The translations under genes and the position numbers were made by a program. A stretch of DNA of 64,000 bases from Octopus bimaculoides (lineage: Eukaryota): assembly GCF_001194135.2 (NCBI RefSeq), contig NC_068983.1:134426756-134490755 (forward strand), read 5' to 3'. Of this stretch, positions 1 through 11,167 are shown in pieces. How positions within the stretch are numbered: the stretch's first letter is position 1; the number at the start of each line of letters is the position of its first letter. Below the pieces are notes generated by a model, which worked only from the letters and a program-made list of their open reading frames with translations, was not told the origin of the DNA and ran no database searches.

Positions 1-176
1 AAAAGCACCCACTACACTCTCTGAGTGGTTGGCGTTAGGAAGGGCATCCAGCTGTAGAAACTCTGCCAAATCAGACTGGAGCCTGGTGTTGCCATCCGGT
101 TTCACCAGTCCTCAGTCAAATCGTCCAACCCATGCTAGCATGGAAAGCGGACGTTAAACGATGATGATGATGATGA
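1..176 (+). mobile_element. 3' UTR/tail of RTE-family LINE (or derived SINE) ending in (GAT)n
   Basis: AAAAGCACCCACTACACTC...GGAAAGCGGACGTTAAACGATGATGAT; the same tail directly follows RTE ORF ends at 63770-64000 and 54900-55170. Confidence 0.8.
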
Positions 177-1447
177 ATGCATTGCTTGGTACAGGAATCA
201 AAACCATGATTTTATGATCAGGAGTGCAACACCCTAACCACATACCTTCCCCCAAACATATACACTAAAGTGTAAATGACAGAAAAAGTATTCAAAACAA
301 TAAGTTGAATAGAATAATTTATTACAATGATTTATGGAGATTCAGCTACCAATGAATTATATACATCACATAAGACACTAGCTGTCTAAATAATAAGTCT
401 GGATTCAGTTGTGTGTCAAGCTACAGATATTTTGTATCACTGGGAAAGCTAGCTTTCCATTTCACCCCAATGCTCTTCAATACATTACTGTTCATATATT
501 TGAGACAAGAGATTACACCTCCACCCATACACAAATTCATTTAAAATGTTATTTGTCAAATAAGCAAGTTTTTACTGTCCATTGTTGCCCGTCAACATTT
601 TATCCCTTTCTCTTCTATTACAATAACAGTTCTGCACTCACTTCATCATAAATCAACTAAAAGCATCCATGTCCTTTTTCTTGATTCCTCAGATCATGAA
701 CAATCGATCCACTGGAGTTTTTTCACCATCAACCACTAATAACCGTAATTTAAATTGAACACTGACCTGAGTAACTACACCCAGTTATGCCTATCCTCCC
801 CTAATTCATCATCATCATCGTTTTAATGTCTACTTTTCCATGCTCACATGGATTAGATGTGATTCATTGAAGCAGAATGATTAAACACTTTACTTGTCAC
901 CAACCTTCACCTGTTTCAAAGCAAGGTAATATTTCCTCCTGTTCATGTTTTCATAGAGGACTGCAAATGTCACTGCTTGTGTGACAGTGATGTTTGTTTA
1001 TAATTAGCAAGTATTGACAAGACAAAAAGGGACACACACACAAAGATGACATGTTTCCACACAGTTTTGTTTAACAAACTCCCACACAAGGCTTTGGTCA
1101 TCCCAAGACTTTAGTAGAAAATATTTGCCCAAGCTACTGCATGGTGGGCAGCAACCGAAACCACATGGTTGCCAAGTGAACCTCTAACCATACACCCATT
1201 CCTGCACCTATCTAGAAATAGGTGGGTCTAAAATTATCATTGGCTGCAGCCCAACTCTCAAAACTAAAAATTTAAGGCAATGTCATAGTGCATATCCTGA
1301 CACTGATGCTATTTCATCTCCATGACTCTAACCCCAAATTCTCAAATGATTCAGCTGACTTAACTGTAAATAGATATGATTGACTGAATGCTACAATTCA
1401 TTGCTTACAGCAATAGAGACCTTGTAATGTATGAATATTTTGATAGC

Positions 1448-1677
1448 TTTGCGCTGGTATGGACATGTGGTGAGAATGGAGGAGGATAGCTGCGTGAAAA
1501 AGTGCCACACCCTAACAGTTGAGGGAACCCGTGGAAGAGGTAGGCCCAGGAAGACCTGGGCTGAGGTGGTGAGGCAAGACCTTCGTACATTGGGCCTCAC
1601 CGAGGCGATGACTACGGACCGAGACCTTTGGAAATGGGCTGTGCGTGAGAAGACCCGGCAAGCCAAGTAAGATCGTT
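1448..1677 (+). mobile_element. RTE-clade LINE, C-terminal end of RT ORF
   Basis: LRWYGHVVRMEED...GTRGRGRPRKTW...DRDLWK, the typical RTE ORF C-terminus; truncated by an N-gap. Confidence 0.9.
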
Positions 1678-1962
1678 NNNNNNNNNNNNNNNNNNNNNNN
1701 NNNNNNNNNNNNNNNNNNNNNNNNNNNNNNNNNNNNNNNNNNNNNNNNNNNNNNNNNNNNNNNNNNNNNNNNNNNNNNNNNNNNNNNNNNNNNNNNNNNN
1801 NNNNNNNNNNNNNNNNNNNNNNNNNNNNNNNNNNNNNNNNNNNNNNNNNNNNNNNNNNNNNNNNNNTATACAAAAATGAAAGAAGCAATTCTAATAACAA
1901 AATCAAAACAATCCGGGATAAATTATTAAATGTCACTTGTTAAATAATCTGTTTAATAATCC

Positions 1963-2345
1963 ATTTGTACTCTTTTACTTGTTTCAGTCATTTGACTGCA
2001 GCCATGCTGGGGCACCGCCTTTTAGTTGAGCAAATCAACCCCAGGACTTATTCTTTGGAAGCCTAGTACTTATACTATCAGTCTCTTTTTGCCGAACCGC
2101 TAAGTTACGGGGACATAAACACACCAGCCTCGGTTGTCAAGCAAAGTTGGGGGGACAAACAAAGACACACAAACATATACACGCATATATATACGATGGG
2201 CTTCTATCAGTTTCCGTCTACCAAATCCACGCACAAGGCTTTGGTCGGCCCGAGGCTATAGTAGAAGACACTTGCCCAAGGTACCACGCAGTGGAACTGA
2301 ACCCAGAACCATGTGGTTGGTAAGCAAGCTACTTACCACACAGTC
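1963..2345 (-). mobile_element. tRNA-derived SINE (family B, CORE-like middle)
   Basis: Multi-copy in window (also about 1040-1210, 5790-6175, 6470-6700, 14175-14478, 18200-18530, 27510-27630, 61190-61520); tRNA-like head followed by CCTTGGGCAAGTGTCTTCTACTATAGCC. Confidence 0.8.
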
Positions 2346-3554
2346 ATATTTTCATTCTTTAAAAGATTTAACTTTTTTTAATAGGATCACTTTTGTTTTA
2401 ACTTTCAAAATGAAAAGTATGAGGTGAGTCACAATGTGTAAAATTTACTGCATTTTTGACTATGAGAAAAAATATTTTTTTACAAATGTTCACTACCATA
2501 CATAAGCTGTATCAGCTAAGCAAATGACCTTCTCTAAATATATTAAAAATAATATATTCAGAACACTGTTTTGGAAAATTATCTCTCTTCTCGAGCAAAT
2601 AATAGACAAATTTAGATGGGACAAAATGAGTAAGACAAGATAACGTAAAATTGCCTTTTCAATTCTCCAGAATTACATTTGAAAAAATACTCATGCACAT
2701 CAATATCCATCCTTAGACATCAGAAAAATCAGAAATGCAAGAAAAATTTTAAATGTCTAGGTCAAATGAAAGAGAATCGTGGAAACATGGCACATATGAA
2801 ATCAACAAAACACGATTAAATCTAAAAACATAAAATATTCTCTATAGCTTCTTCATGGTCAGCTGGTGTGGCTCTCTTCCTGATACAGTTATGCACCATG
2901 CAATTAAAGTGAAGAAATTATTGAAATTAGTTATTACTCATTTTGATCCGCATTATACATCATCCTTTGAAAATTGAAACCTATCAAATTAAACATTACT
3001 GTGGGAAGAAATTGACTTGGAATTCAACAGAGAAAAAAATATTGATTGTTAGACACTAAAAAGTATCTAGATATTTTATTAGCAACCTCAATTACAATCG
3101 GGTCAAAGTTGAGGAAAACTTTTTTGAAAAAAAGTGCGTTACCTATGTTTCAAACTCTCTCAATTTCAACAACAACAATGCTGACCAATTTTTACTCCCA
3201 AAGATAGATGATGAAATAATTGTAAGGTAATGGTTGAAAAATGTTTGGGAGAAAATAACGAGAAATCAGAAATTACTCATTTTGCCCCCCCCCCCTCCAA
3301 ACTCTTATTAAGATTGTTTACGACACGATCACTTTGTCATGTGTTTGTTGTAGTGTGGCAAGTATTATTCTATTTGTAGGCCTTTGTAACCGAAGTTAAA
3401 ACAAGTGTTCCTATTAGAAAAGTTAAAATCTAAAATACCAGCGGGTTAGAAGATTATTTAATAAGTGACTTTTAAGTATTTGGCAATCTTTCGTTGTGAA
3501 TGATAATTACAAATTTTCTCTCAAAGATTGTTTTACGATGTGTATGTATTAGAC

Positions 3555-3683
3555 CAGGTATGGGCAACCTTTTTCGAGAAGCAGGCTGCACGAGATATGA
3601 CACATCATGAGGCTAGTCGTACTACTAAAAATTCAAGGCGTACCATTCAGAAAGTCCCGAGGGCCGCAGTTTGGCCATGACTG
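3555..3683. mobile_element. short hAT/Charlie-like MITE remnant
   Basis: Ends CAGGTATGGGCAAC...GGGCCGCAGTTTGGCCATGACTG form imperfect TIRs; no clean TSD. Confidence 0.5.
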
Positions 3684-4550
3684 TTAGATACTACTCTGCT
3701 AAGAAATTTTGAAAATACTGTGACAAAACAGTTGTCAACCGCATTCGTCCCGAGATCACACTCGCTAATCACCGAGTGCCCTCACCTCTGGTCTTATCCT
3801 ACCTGTTCCATCTTGTCTCCCTGTGACATGTCCTCGTTTCATTTTCAACACTATAAATATCGGAGTTCTCGCCCTTACCTTATTAATGTCAATGAATGTT
3901 TTATTACAGATTTAATTGCAATTAAGATGTAAAACTAGCTCACTATACTCAATATGTTAGTCCGCACTGAACTAACTATATGATGCCTAATATAAAGAGA
4001 GATATATAAATGATGTGTGACAGGGTGGTCATAGCTTGAAATGCTTTCTATCTTAATTGTTTAATGAGGGTTGACTTTGAGGTTAACAAATGTTTTCTTT
4101 TTAGACGAGTGTTTTTGAAACAATATCCGAATATACGGGTAAATTTACAAATTTTTCCGACATTCAAACATATACTGATTTGAAATATGAGATAATTCCC
4201 GTGTTCTGTTGAATCGATAATTCCTCAAATATATACGGTATGCGATTGATATAACTGAAATAAGTCTACCGAATTAGCAGAATAAACATCTTAAGATTGA
4301 CAGAACAAAAGTAACCTTTGATACAACTATCAAACCTCCTATGTTTGGTTATGTCTATAAATAACAGAGAAGTTTCGTTCATAACATTAACAAAACGAGT
4401 AAAAAGAATTAAAAATTCAATTTCAAAAACTGATTTATAAATAAAAACAGAAGAAAACAAAATCACTTTTACGTGTCCTTCTCAATGACATACAACAACC
4501 TACAAGATAAACTTATTTCTGGAATAGTTAGAAAGGAAGGAAAGCCTTAC

Positions 4551-4680
4551 CTAAGTACGGTAAATGTCTATACCACGCCTTGTATAAATTTAGGACCCTT
4601 CTCCGAGCTTCGGTGCTGTCAACAGAGAGTATGGGTTTCACAAGCTTCATGCCCTGAACCGAAGCGCGTGAAGCAGCCAT
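4551..4680 (-). CDS. NDUFA6: NADH dehydrogenase 1 alpha subcomplex subunit 6 (LYRM6), coding exon 1
   Basis: MAASRASVQGMKLVKPILSVDSTEARRRVLNLYKAWYRHLPYL, LYR-type LYKAWYR motif; phase-1 donor G|GTAAG at 4551/4550; later exons not found in window. Confidence 0.92.
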
Positions 4681-5025
4681 TGTGAGACCGGAAACTGAAG
4701 AAGTTGTCTCCCCGAACTTCACTGCGTTACCCCCGCCTTCCTCACTCAAGATTGGTTACTCAATTAGAAAATTAATATAAATGGGAAAAATGTGGCTCTA
4801 AGTTATAAAATTTAATCAACGTTATTATTGTGAAAATACCATTTATTTAGTTATAAACTTACATCTCGCTATCAGCAATTAACTTGTGTGTGAACGAAGC
4901 AATATAAACGAAGTAAAGGTATACTGATTTACATTATTTGTATAGAAAACAACTTCTGGCTTGTCACCGGCAGTTAACTCCCTTCTTTTATTGTTTTTAT
5001 TCCCTGGTTATTAAATTAACTTCCA
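4681..5025. promoter_or_regulatory. probable bidirectional promoter/5' UTR region between NDUFA6 and TMEM234
   Basis: Divergent ATGs only 345 nt apart, no repeats, several CpGs, ATTGG (CCAAT) at 4751-4755; function inferred. Confidence 0.65.
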
Positions 5026-5421
5026 ATGTCTTACTCGGATACCTTAATAAGTGTTTTTTGGCTAGTGCTAGTATCAGTAATATGGGGATGCACTAACCCT
5101 ATTCTAAAGAAAACAAGTGCTGGTATTGAGAACATAAAAGAGCAAAACACCATTTTACAGCTAAAGTCCGAGCTGTTGTTTCTAGTATTTCGTTTGAAGT
5201 ATGTAACGGCTTTCCTAATTAACCAGTGCGGCTCTATTTTATTCTATTTAACTCTCGCTTCGGCTGATCTTTCTATTGCCGTACCTTTAACTAATTCCCT
5301 CACATTTGTCTTTACGGTCTTAACAGGTTGTTTTCTCGGAGAAAAAATTCCACGTCAATCGCAATTTGGCATGTTACTTATTGTTTTCGGCGTATCTCTA
5401 TGTATCTTCAGCAAAGTTTGA
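5026..5421 (+). CDS. TMEM234: Transmembrane protein 234 (EamA/DMT-like), single exon, 131 aa
   Basis: LVSVIWGCTNPILKK, FLINQCGSILFY, DLSIAVPLTNSLTFVFT match TMEM234 family motifs; complete ATG-TGA ORF; AATAAA at 5526-5531. Confidence 0.93.
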   Translation: MSYSDTLISVFWLVLVSVIWGCTNPILKKTSAGIENIKEQNTILQLKSELLFLVFRLKYVTAFLINQCGSILFYLTLASADLSIAVPLTNSLTFVFTVLTGCFLGEKIPRQSQFGMLLIVFGVSLCIFSKV

Positions 5422-5789
5422 ACATTCTATCTTGACGTTACAATTCCTTCCTTATTTTACCTTTTGGAATTTGTTTCATACTAACCAGGACTTATTACTT
5501 GATATACACACACACAGTTTTATGAAATAAATTTAAGGTAAAGAAAACAAACTTTCGTATGGTTTCATGTTTTTATTAAACAAGGAAGTTCATAATGTGC
5601 ACAACATTATCTGAGGAGTCAGATAAACAATACATTCAGTAGATAGTGATTTAAGTATAATTATTTATAATATGTAAGTTTTTTCTATGGAATTTTGCCA
5701 TATTGTATAATCAAAAATTTTGGATTTTTTTCTTCCCAAATCTGATCTACTCTCCACTTCCTTGACTTTTTATGAACTTGTAATTTTTA

Positions 5790-6175
5790 TTCTTTTATTT
5801 CTTTCAGTCGTTTGACTTCGGCCATACTGGAGCACCGCCTTTTAGTCGAAGAAATCGACTCCAGGACTTATTCTTTGTAAGCCTGGTACTTCTTCTATCG
5901 CTCTCTTTTGCTGAACCGCTAAGTCACGTAGACGTAAACACACTAACATCGGTTGTCAAGCGATAGTGGCAGGGACAAACACAGACGCAAAGACACACAC
6001 ACACACACACTCACACACACACATGACGGGCTTCTTGCAGTTTCCGTCCAACAAATCCATTCACAAGGCTTTGGTCAGCCCGAGGTTAGAAGACACTTGC
6101 CCAAGGTCCCACGCAGGGGGACTGAACCCGGAACCCTGTGGGAAGCAAGCTTCTTACTATACAGCCACACCTGAG
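5790..6175 (-). mobile_element. tRNA-derived SINE family B, near full length
   Basis: Colinear with the 1963-2345 copy. Confidence 0.8.
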
Positions 6176-6469
6176 CCTGTTCGTACTTTTATATATTTAA
6201 TAGACTTTTTGTGTGAGGTCGAGGTTAAACAGGCTTTTTCTATAGGTGAAGTGGTGAGTGTTGATGTACCAGTGGCATTTACATGTTCAACTCCAACAGA
6301 ATTATGGAAGTGTATTCTCTTCCACTCTTCACTTAGAGCACAAATTTGTTTGAACTGGTTGAATCATTTGATGCAAACATATTACTGGTACTTACAAAGA
6401 GCAAAAGTAACAGCAATCCAAGCACAATTAGAATGCAAAAATATCTAAAGCACATATATATATATATAT

Positions 6470-6700
6470 AGGTGCAGGAGTAGCTATGTGGTAAGTAGCT
6501 TGCTTACCAACCACATGGTTCTTGGGCAAGTGTCTTCTACTATAGCCTCGGGTCGACCAAAGCCTTGTAAGTGGATTTGGTAGACGGAAACTGAAAGAAG
6601 CCCGTCGTATATATGTATATATATGTATGTGTGTGTATATGTTTGTGTGTCTGTGTTTGTCCCCACAGCATCGCTTGAAAACTGATGGTGGTGTGTTTAC
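6470..6700 (+). mobile_element. tRNA-derived SINE family B, cut by N-gap
   Basis: GGTGCAGGAGTAGCTATGTGGTAAGTAGCTTGC head; inverted relative to the 5790-6175 copy. Confidence 0.8.
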
Positions 6701-7621
6701 NNNNNNNNNNNNNNNNNNNNNNNNNNNNNNNNNNNNNNNNNNNNNNNNNNNNNNNNNNNNNNNNNNNNNNNNNNNNNNNNNNNNNNNNNNNNNNNNNNNN
6801 NNNNNNNNNNNNNNNNNNNNNNNNNNNNNNNNNNNNNNNNNNNNNNNNNNNNNNNNNNNNNNNNNNNNNNNNNNNNNNNNNNNNNNNNNNNNNNNNNNNN
6901 NNNNNNNNNNNNNNNNNNNNNNNNNNNNNNNNNNNNNNNNNNNNNNNNNNNNNNNNNNNNNNNNNNNNNNNNNNNNNNNNNNNNNNNNNNNNNNNNNNNN
7001 NNNNNNNNNNNNNNNNNNNNNNNNNNNNNNNNNNNNNNNNNNNNNNNNNNNNNNNNNNNNNNNNNNNNNNNNNNNNNNNNNNNNNNNNNNNNNNNNNNNN
7101 NNNNNNNNNNNNNNNNNNNNNNNNNNNNNNNNNNNNNNNNNNNNNNNNNNNNNNNNNNNNNNNNNNNNNNNNNNNNNNNNNNNNNNNNNNNNNNNNNNNN
7201 NNNNNNNNNNNNNNNNNNNNNNNNNNNNNNNNNNNNNNNNNNNNNNNNNNNNNNNNNNNNNNNNNNNNNNNNNNNNNNNNNNNNNNNNNNNNNNNNNNNN
7301 NNNNNNNNNNNNNNNNNNNNNNNNNNNNNNNNNNNNNNNNNNNNNNNNNNNNNNNNNNNNNNNNNNNNNNNNNNNNNNNNNNNNNNNNNNNNNNNNNNNN
7401 NNNNNNNNNNNNNNNNNNNNNNNNNNNNNNNNNNNNNNNNNNNNNNNNNNNNNNNNNNNNNNNNNNNNNNNNNNNNNNNNNNNNNNNNNNNNNNNNNNNN
7501 NNNNNNNNNNNNNNNNNNNNNNNNNNNNNNNNNNNNNNNNNNNNNNNNNNNNNNNNNNNNNNNNNNNNNNNNNNNNNNNNNNNNNNNNNNNNNNNNNNNN
7601 NNNNNNNNNNNNNNNNNNNNN

Positions 7622-7958
7622 GTTTTCAGTCGTATTTGTTTGTTTGTTTGTCCGTGGACAAGATATCTCAAGAACTGCTGGATGGATTCGGATGAAACTT
7701 TCAGTGATGTTTGGCCTCATGACTGGCACGAACTGACTAGATTATGGGATTGATTTGTTCCGGGACAAGGATTCTGAATTATATTACCAGTTTTTTTACT
7801 TAATTTTTGAGAGTGGTCAGGTTCATTTCTAGTATTCTCGTGTGTGACGGCAGTCGAGTTTATTTCAGACATTCTCATTTTAAAAATCATCTCTAGCTAA
7901 TCTTTGAGAGGACGTTGGTATTGCTTTGGCAGAGGTTTACGCTCTGAGTGATCTTGTT
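7622..7958 (+). mobile_element. Helentron-associated (HINE/DINE-1-like) non-autonomous element
   Basis: (GTTT)n microsatellite then GTCCGTGGACAAGATATCTCAAGAAC...GGATGAAACTT; terminal segment recurs inverted at 9011-9163; family assignment from memory. Confidence 0.55.
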
Positions 7959-7982
7959 ATTCTTATTATTACCCATTTTTTA

Positions 7983-8957
7983 AAAAGGTAGCAAACTGGC
8001 AAAATCATTAAATGAAATGTTTAGCAGCGTTTCTTTCAGCTCTGTATTTTGAATTCAAATACTGCTGAGGTCACCTTTGCCATTCATCTTTTCAGGGCCA
8101 ATAAATACTAGTTGAACACTGGGGTTGATGTAAATGACTTCACTTCCCTCTCTTCTAAAATTGCTGGCCTTGTGCCAAAACTAGAAAGAATTAAATTGTT
8201 TTCAATATCTTGGGTCCTTATGGCTATTAAAAATAATAAAAATTATTATTATTATTTTGGTTTGGCTCAGGTTTGGTCTTCTTTGGTCAGGATTTATGTG
8301 GGTAGTAGGTTACTACCTGTAACCTTAGGTATCCACAAGCTTTCAGTAGTCTTCCAAGTGCTTAGAATCCTCCTGTTAATCTTTACTGTCCAAAGAGACA
8401 AACTTTCTGTAGGAGTTCTACCCAGAATTCTATTCCAATCACCTTCAGCCATTATTATTATTATTATTAAGGTGATGAGATGACAAAATTGTTAGCACAC
8501 TGGGCAAAATGATGTTTTGTCCATCTTCACATTCTGAGTTCAAATTCCGCCAAGGTCAACTTTGGTTGGCTTTCATCCTTTCAGGGTCAATAAAATAAGT
8601 ACCAGTTGAACAGGAGTCAATGAACATAGGTTGATGCCACCTCCCTCAAAATTGCTGGCTGTATGCCTATAGTAGAACGAATTATTATTATTATTATTAG
8701 GCAGTGAGCTGGCAGACTCATTAGCACACTGGACAAAATGCTTAGCAGCATTTCATCCATCTTTATGTTTTGAGTTCAAATTCCACTGAGGTTGACTTTG
8801 CCTTTAATACTTTTGAAGTTGATAAAATAAGTACCAGATGTAATCGACTTACCCCTCCCCTGAAATTGCTNNNNNNNNNNTGATAAAATAAATACCAGAT
8901 GTAATCGACTTACCCCTCCCCTGAAATTGCTGGCTTTATGCTAAAATTTGAAACTAC

Positions 8958-8960
<3 letters not shown>
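7983..8960 (+). mobile_element. three head-to-tail tRNA-SINE copies (Meta-domain-like), about 7983-8193, 8469-8698 and 8699-8960
   Basis: Repeated GAGTTCAAATTCCGCC..GGTCAACTTTG..TTTCATCCTTTCAGGGTCAATAAAATAAGTACCAG with (ATT)n tails; a fourth copy is inverted at 19915-20120. Confidence 0.75.
8253..8455 (-). mobile_element. 3' end of an RLE-type (Dong/R4-like) LINE with (AAT)n tail
   Basis: Minus strand reads ELLQKVCLFG/TVKINRRIL across one frameshift, resembling the QKxALLGTARILRRVL C-terminus. Confidence 0.5.
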
Positions 8961-8994
<34 letters not shown>

Positions 8995-9296
8995 AATAAT
9001 AATAGTAATAGCAAGAGCACTCAGAGAGTGCAAACTTCCGCCAAGGCAACACCAAGTCCTCTCAATAATTAGCCAGAAATGAGTTTTAAAATGAGAATAT
9101 ATGAAATAAACTCGACTTCTCTCACAAACAAGAATACTAAAAATGAAACCAACTGCTCTCAAAGACAATAATTATATATATGTGTTTGTGTGTGTGTATA
9201 TATATATATGTATATATATACACACACACACACAGAGTCATACACATTTATATATTTTATTTATCTATAAACATGTATATATATTGTTTATTTCAG

Positions 9297-9374
9297 ACTG
9301 ATTCTTTTTACCCAGTGATGCGGCTTTTACTTCCTCACCTGGAAAATGAACGTGTTGCATATGGAATCAAAGAA
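9297..9374 (+). CDS. LIG4: LIG4 exon ([26 protein letters not shown])
   Basis: ttcag|...|gtattc, phase 0/0. Confidence 0.95.
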
Positions 9375-10092
9375 GTATTCATTTTCTATTTCCTTCAACC
9401 TTGTTGCAACCTATTTGAAAAATGAAAATGAAATGTGTTTTTTGTCATTACCACTCTAATGATTTATTCCAGTTAATTTTTATATACTATTTATTTACCA
9501 ATTTTTATAGCCTTTCAGTTAATGAGGGAACATCTACATGCTCTCTCAATACCCTAAAAATAGTAGTCAATTTTTCTTTAAATCACAGCCTACTGATTTG
9601 ATGGGCTGGTCACAAAATGCATTTGATCATAGTTCTGCTTGATCAAGGTTGACCTAAGGTTAAACAGCATCATCTTCCTCTCAGACTGGTTTATTCTATC
9701 ATCTATTTTTATTTCTTCATGCAGTTTTCAAATGACATCTTCAAATCCAACTGAGATGTTCAGAAGGCCCAAGCTCAGTTTATTTAATCAATAGAGAAGT
9801 CATACCAACTTCATCAAGCATTTTAGAAATTACTTTGAATTGCTGCATTCACTCAGTTGTCATTGGTTCAGCAACATCAATAAAATATCAAGTTTATCTC
9901 ACACATTATCATGCTGGTGCTGGTGCTACATAAAAATCACCCTGTACACTCTGTAAAGTGGTTGATGTAGGAAGAGTATCCAGCTGTAGAAGCCATGTCA
10001 AAACAGACAATGGAGCCTGGTGCAGCTCCTGGCCTTACCAGCATCTGCCAAACCATCCAACCCATGGAAAACAGACATTAAATGATGAGGAT

Positions 10093-10095
<3 letters not shown>

Positions 10096-10143
<48 letters not shown>

Positions 10144-10428
10144 NNNNNNNNNNNNNNNNNNNNNNNNNNNNNNNNNNNNNNNNNNNNNNNNNNNNNNNNN
10201 NNNNNNNNNNNNNNNNNNNNNNNNNNNNNNNNNNNNNNNNNNNNNNNNNNNNNNNNNNNNNNNNNNNNNNNNNNNNNNNNNNNNNNNNNNNNNNNNNNNN
10301 NNNNNNNNNNNNNNNNNNNNNNNNNNNNNNNNNNNNNNNNNNNNNNNNNNNNNNNNNNNNNNNNNNNNNNNNNNNNNNNNNNNNNNNNNNNCCCTCCCTC
10401 CCACTCTCTCTCTCTCTCTCTCTCTCTC
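10096..10428. repeat. (CT)n microsatellite spanning an N-gap; other SSRs: (ATT)n about 8955-9005, (TA)n about 16143-16182, (TG)n about 43449-43500 and 47014-47080
   Basis: Direct inspection. Confidence 0.9.
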
Positions 10429-10697
10429 TTATATTGGTACTACAGTTACCGAAGAACTCATGTATACCACACTGTCAGATACACAAAGTCTCATTACATA
10501 AAAGTACTAACTGTATATAATATTTATCCCTCAACATGTTTGTGATATAATTGTTATGGTTAGTCAATGACTGACCAGTGCCATGAACTAGCATTTCTTC
10601 AAATATGGTTTTACTCTCATAATATTCAAGATTTGACTGACTTGAAAACAATGGTATTCATAACTAACTTATCTTTTATTTTTTCTCCTGCTTGCAG

Positions 10698-10793
10698 CAT
10701 ACATTTGCAAAACTTTTAATTAAAGTATTATGTCTTGGGAAAAACAGTCCAGATGCTTCCAAACTTCTAAATTTTAATACCAAAAGAGAAGCT
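10698..10793 (+). CDS. LIG4: LIG4 exon (HTFAKLLIKVLCLGKNSPDASKLLNFNTKREA)
   Basis: ttgcag|...|gtaagt, phase 0/0. Confidence 0.93.
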
Positions 10794-10943
10794 GTAAGTA
10801 AATACTCGTCAGAAATTTTTCCTTTGGCAATTTTTTTCATTACTGGCCACTGTGTGTCATCTAGGTCTGCCTTGTCCATCTACTAACTACTGAGTGTTGA
10901 ACAGATGATTTGTCCCTAAACATTATATCAGTAACTGTCTTAA

Positions 10944-11167
10944 CGTTTTAGCATTTAAACCACCTGTATTTGGCCTAAATATTCTATCTGTTTTATATTC
11001 AAACTGGCCAGATCCAGCCCCTCATACCTTATCCTACAATGCCATTTTAGAAAATAAAATGTCACATCATTGAAATCTTGAAGTTACAAGATATTTGTAG
11101 TTAATTCAAAACAATGTGAATAAATGAGCATTACATGATTTGATAGAGCAATTTGAATACTAAAGGG
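10944..11167. mobile_element. TTAA-flanked piggyBac-like MITE
   Basis: TTAA|CGTTTTAGCATTTAAA...TTTGAATACTAAAGGG|TTAA; related copy at 29918-30054. Confidence 0.75.

Noticed and set aside
2560-2700. Weak L1-like peptide (IIDKFRWDK..RKIAFSIL)
   Set aside because: Short, interrupted by stops, and not supported by other motifs.
5966-6448. 160-aa ORF
   Set aside because: The 5' half is SINE antisense plus a CA repeat; the 3' half shows no recognisable family and is not the missing LIG4 N-terminus.
6428-7736. Long ORFs in the track (also 1391-1936, 9958-10545, 56863-57766)
   Set aside because: They consist mostly of X translated from N-gaps.
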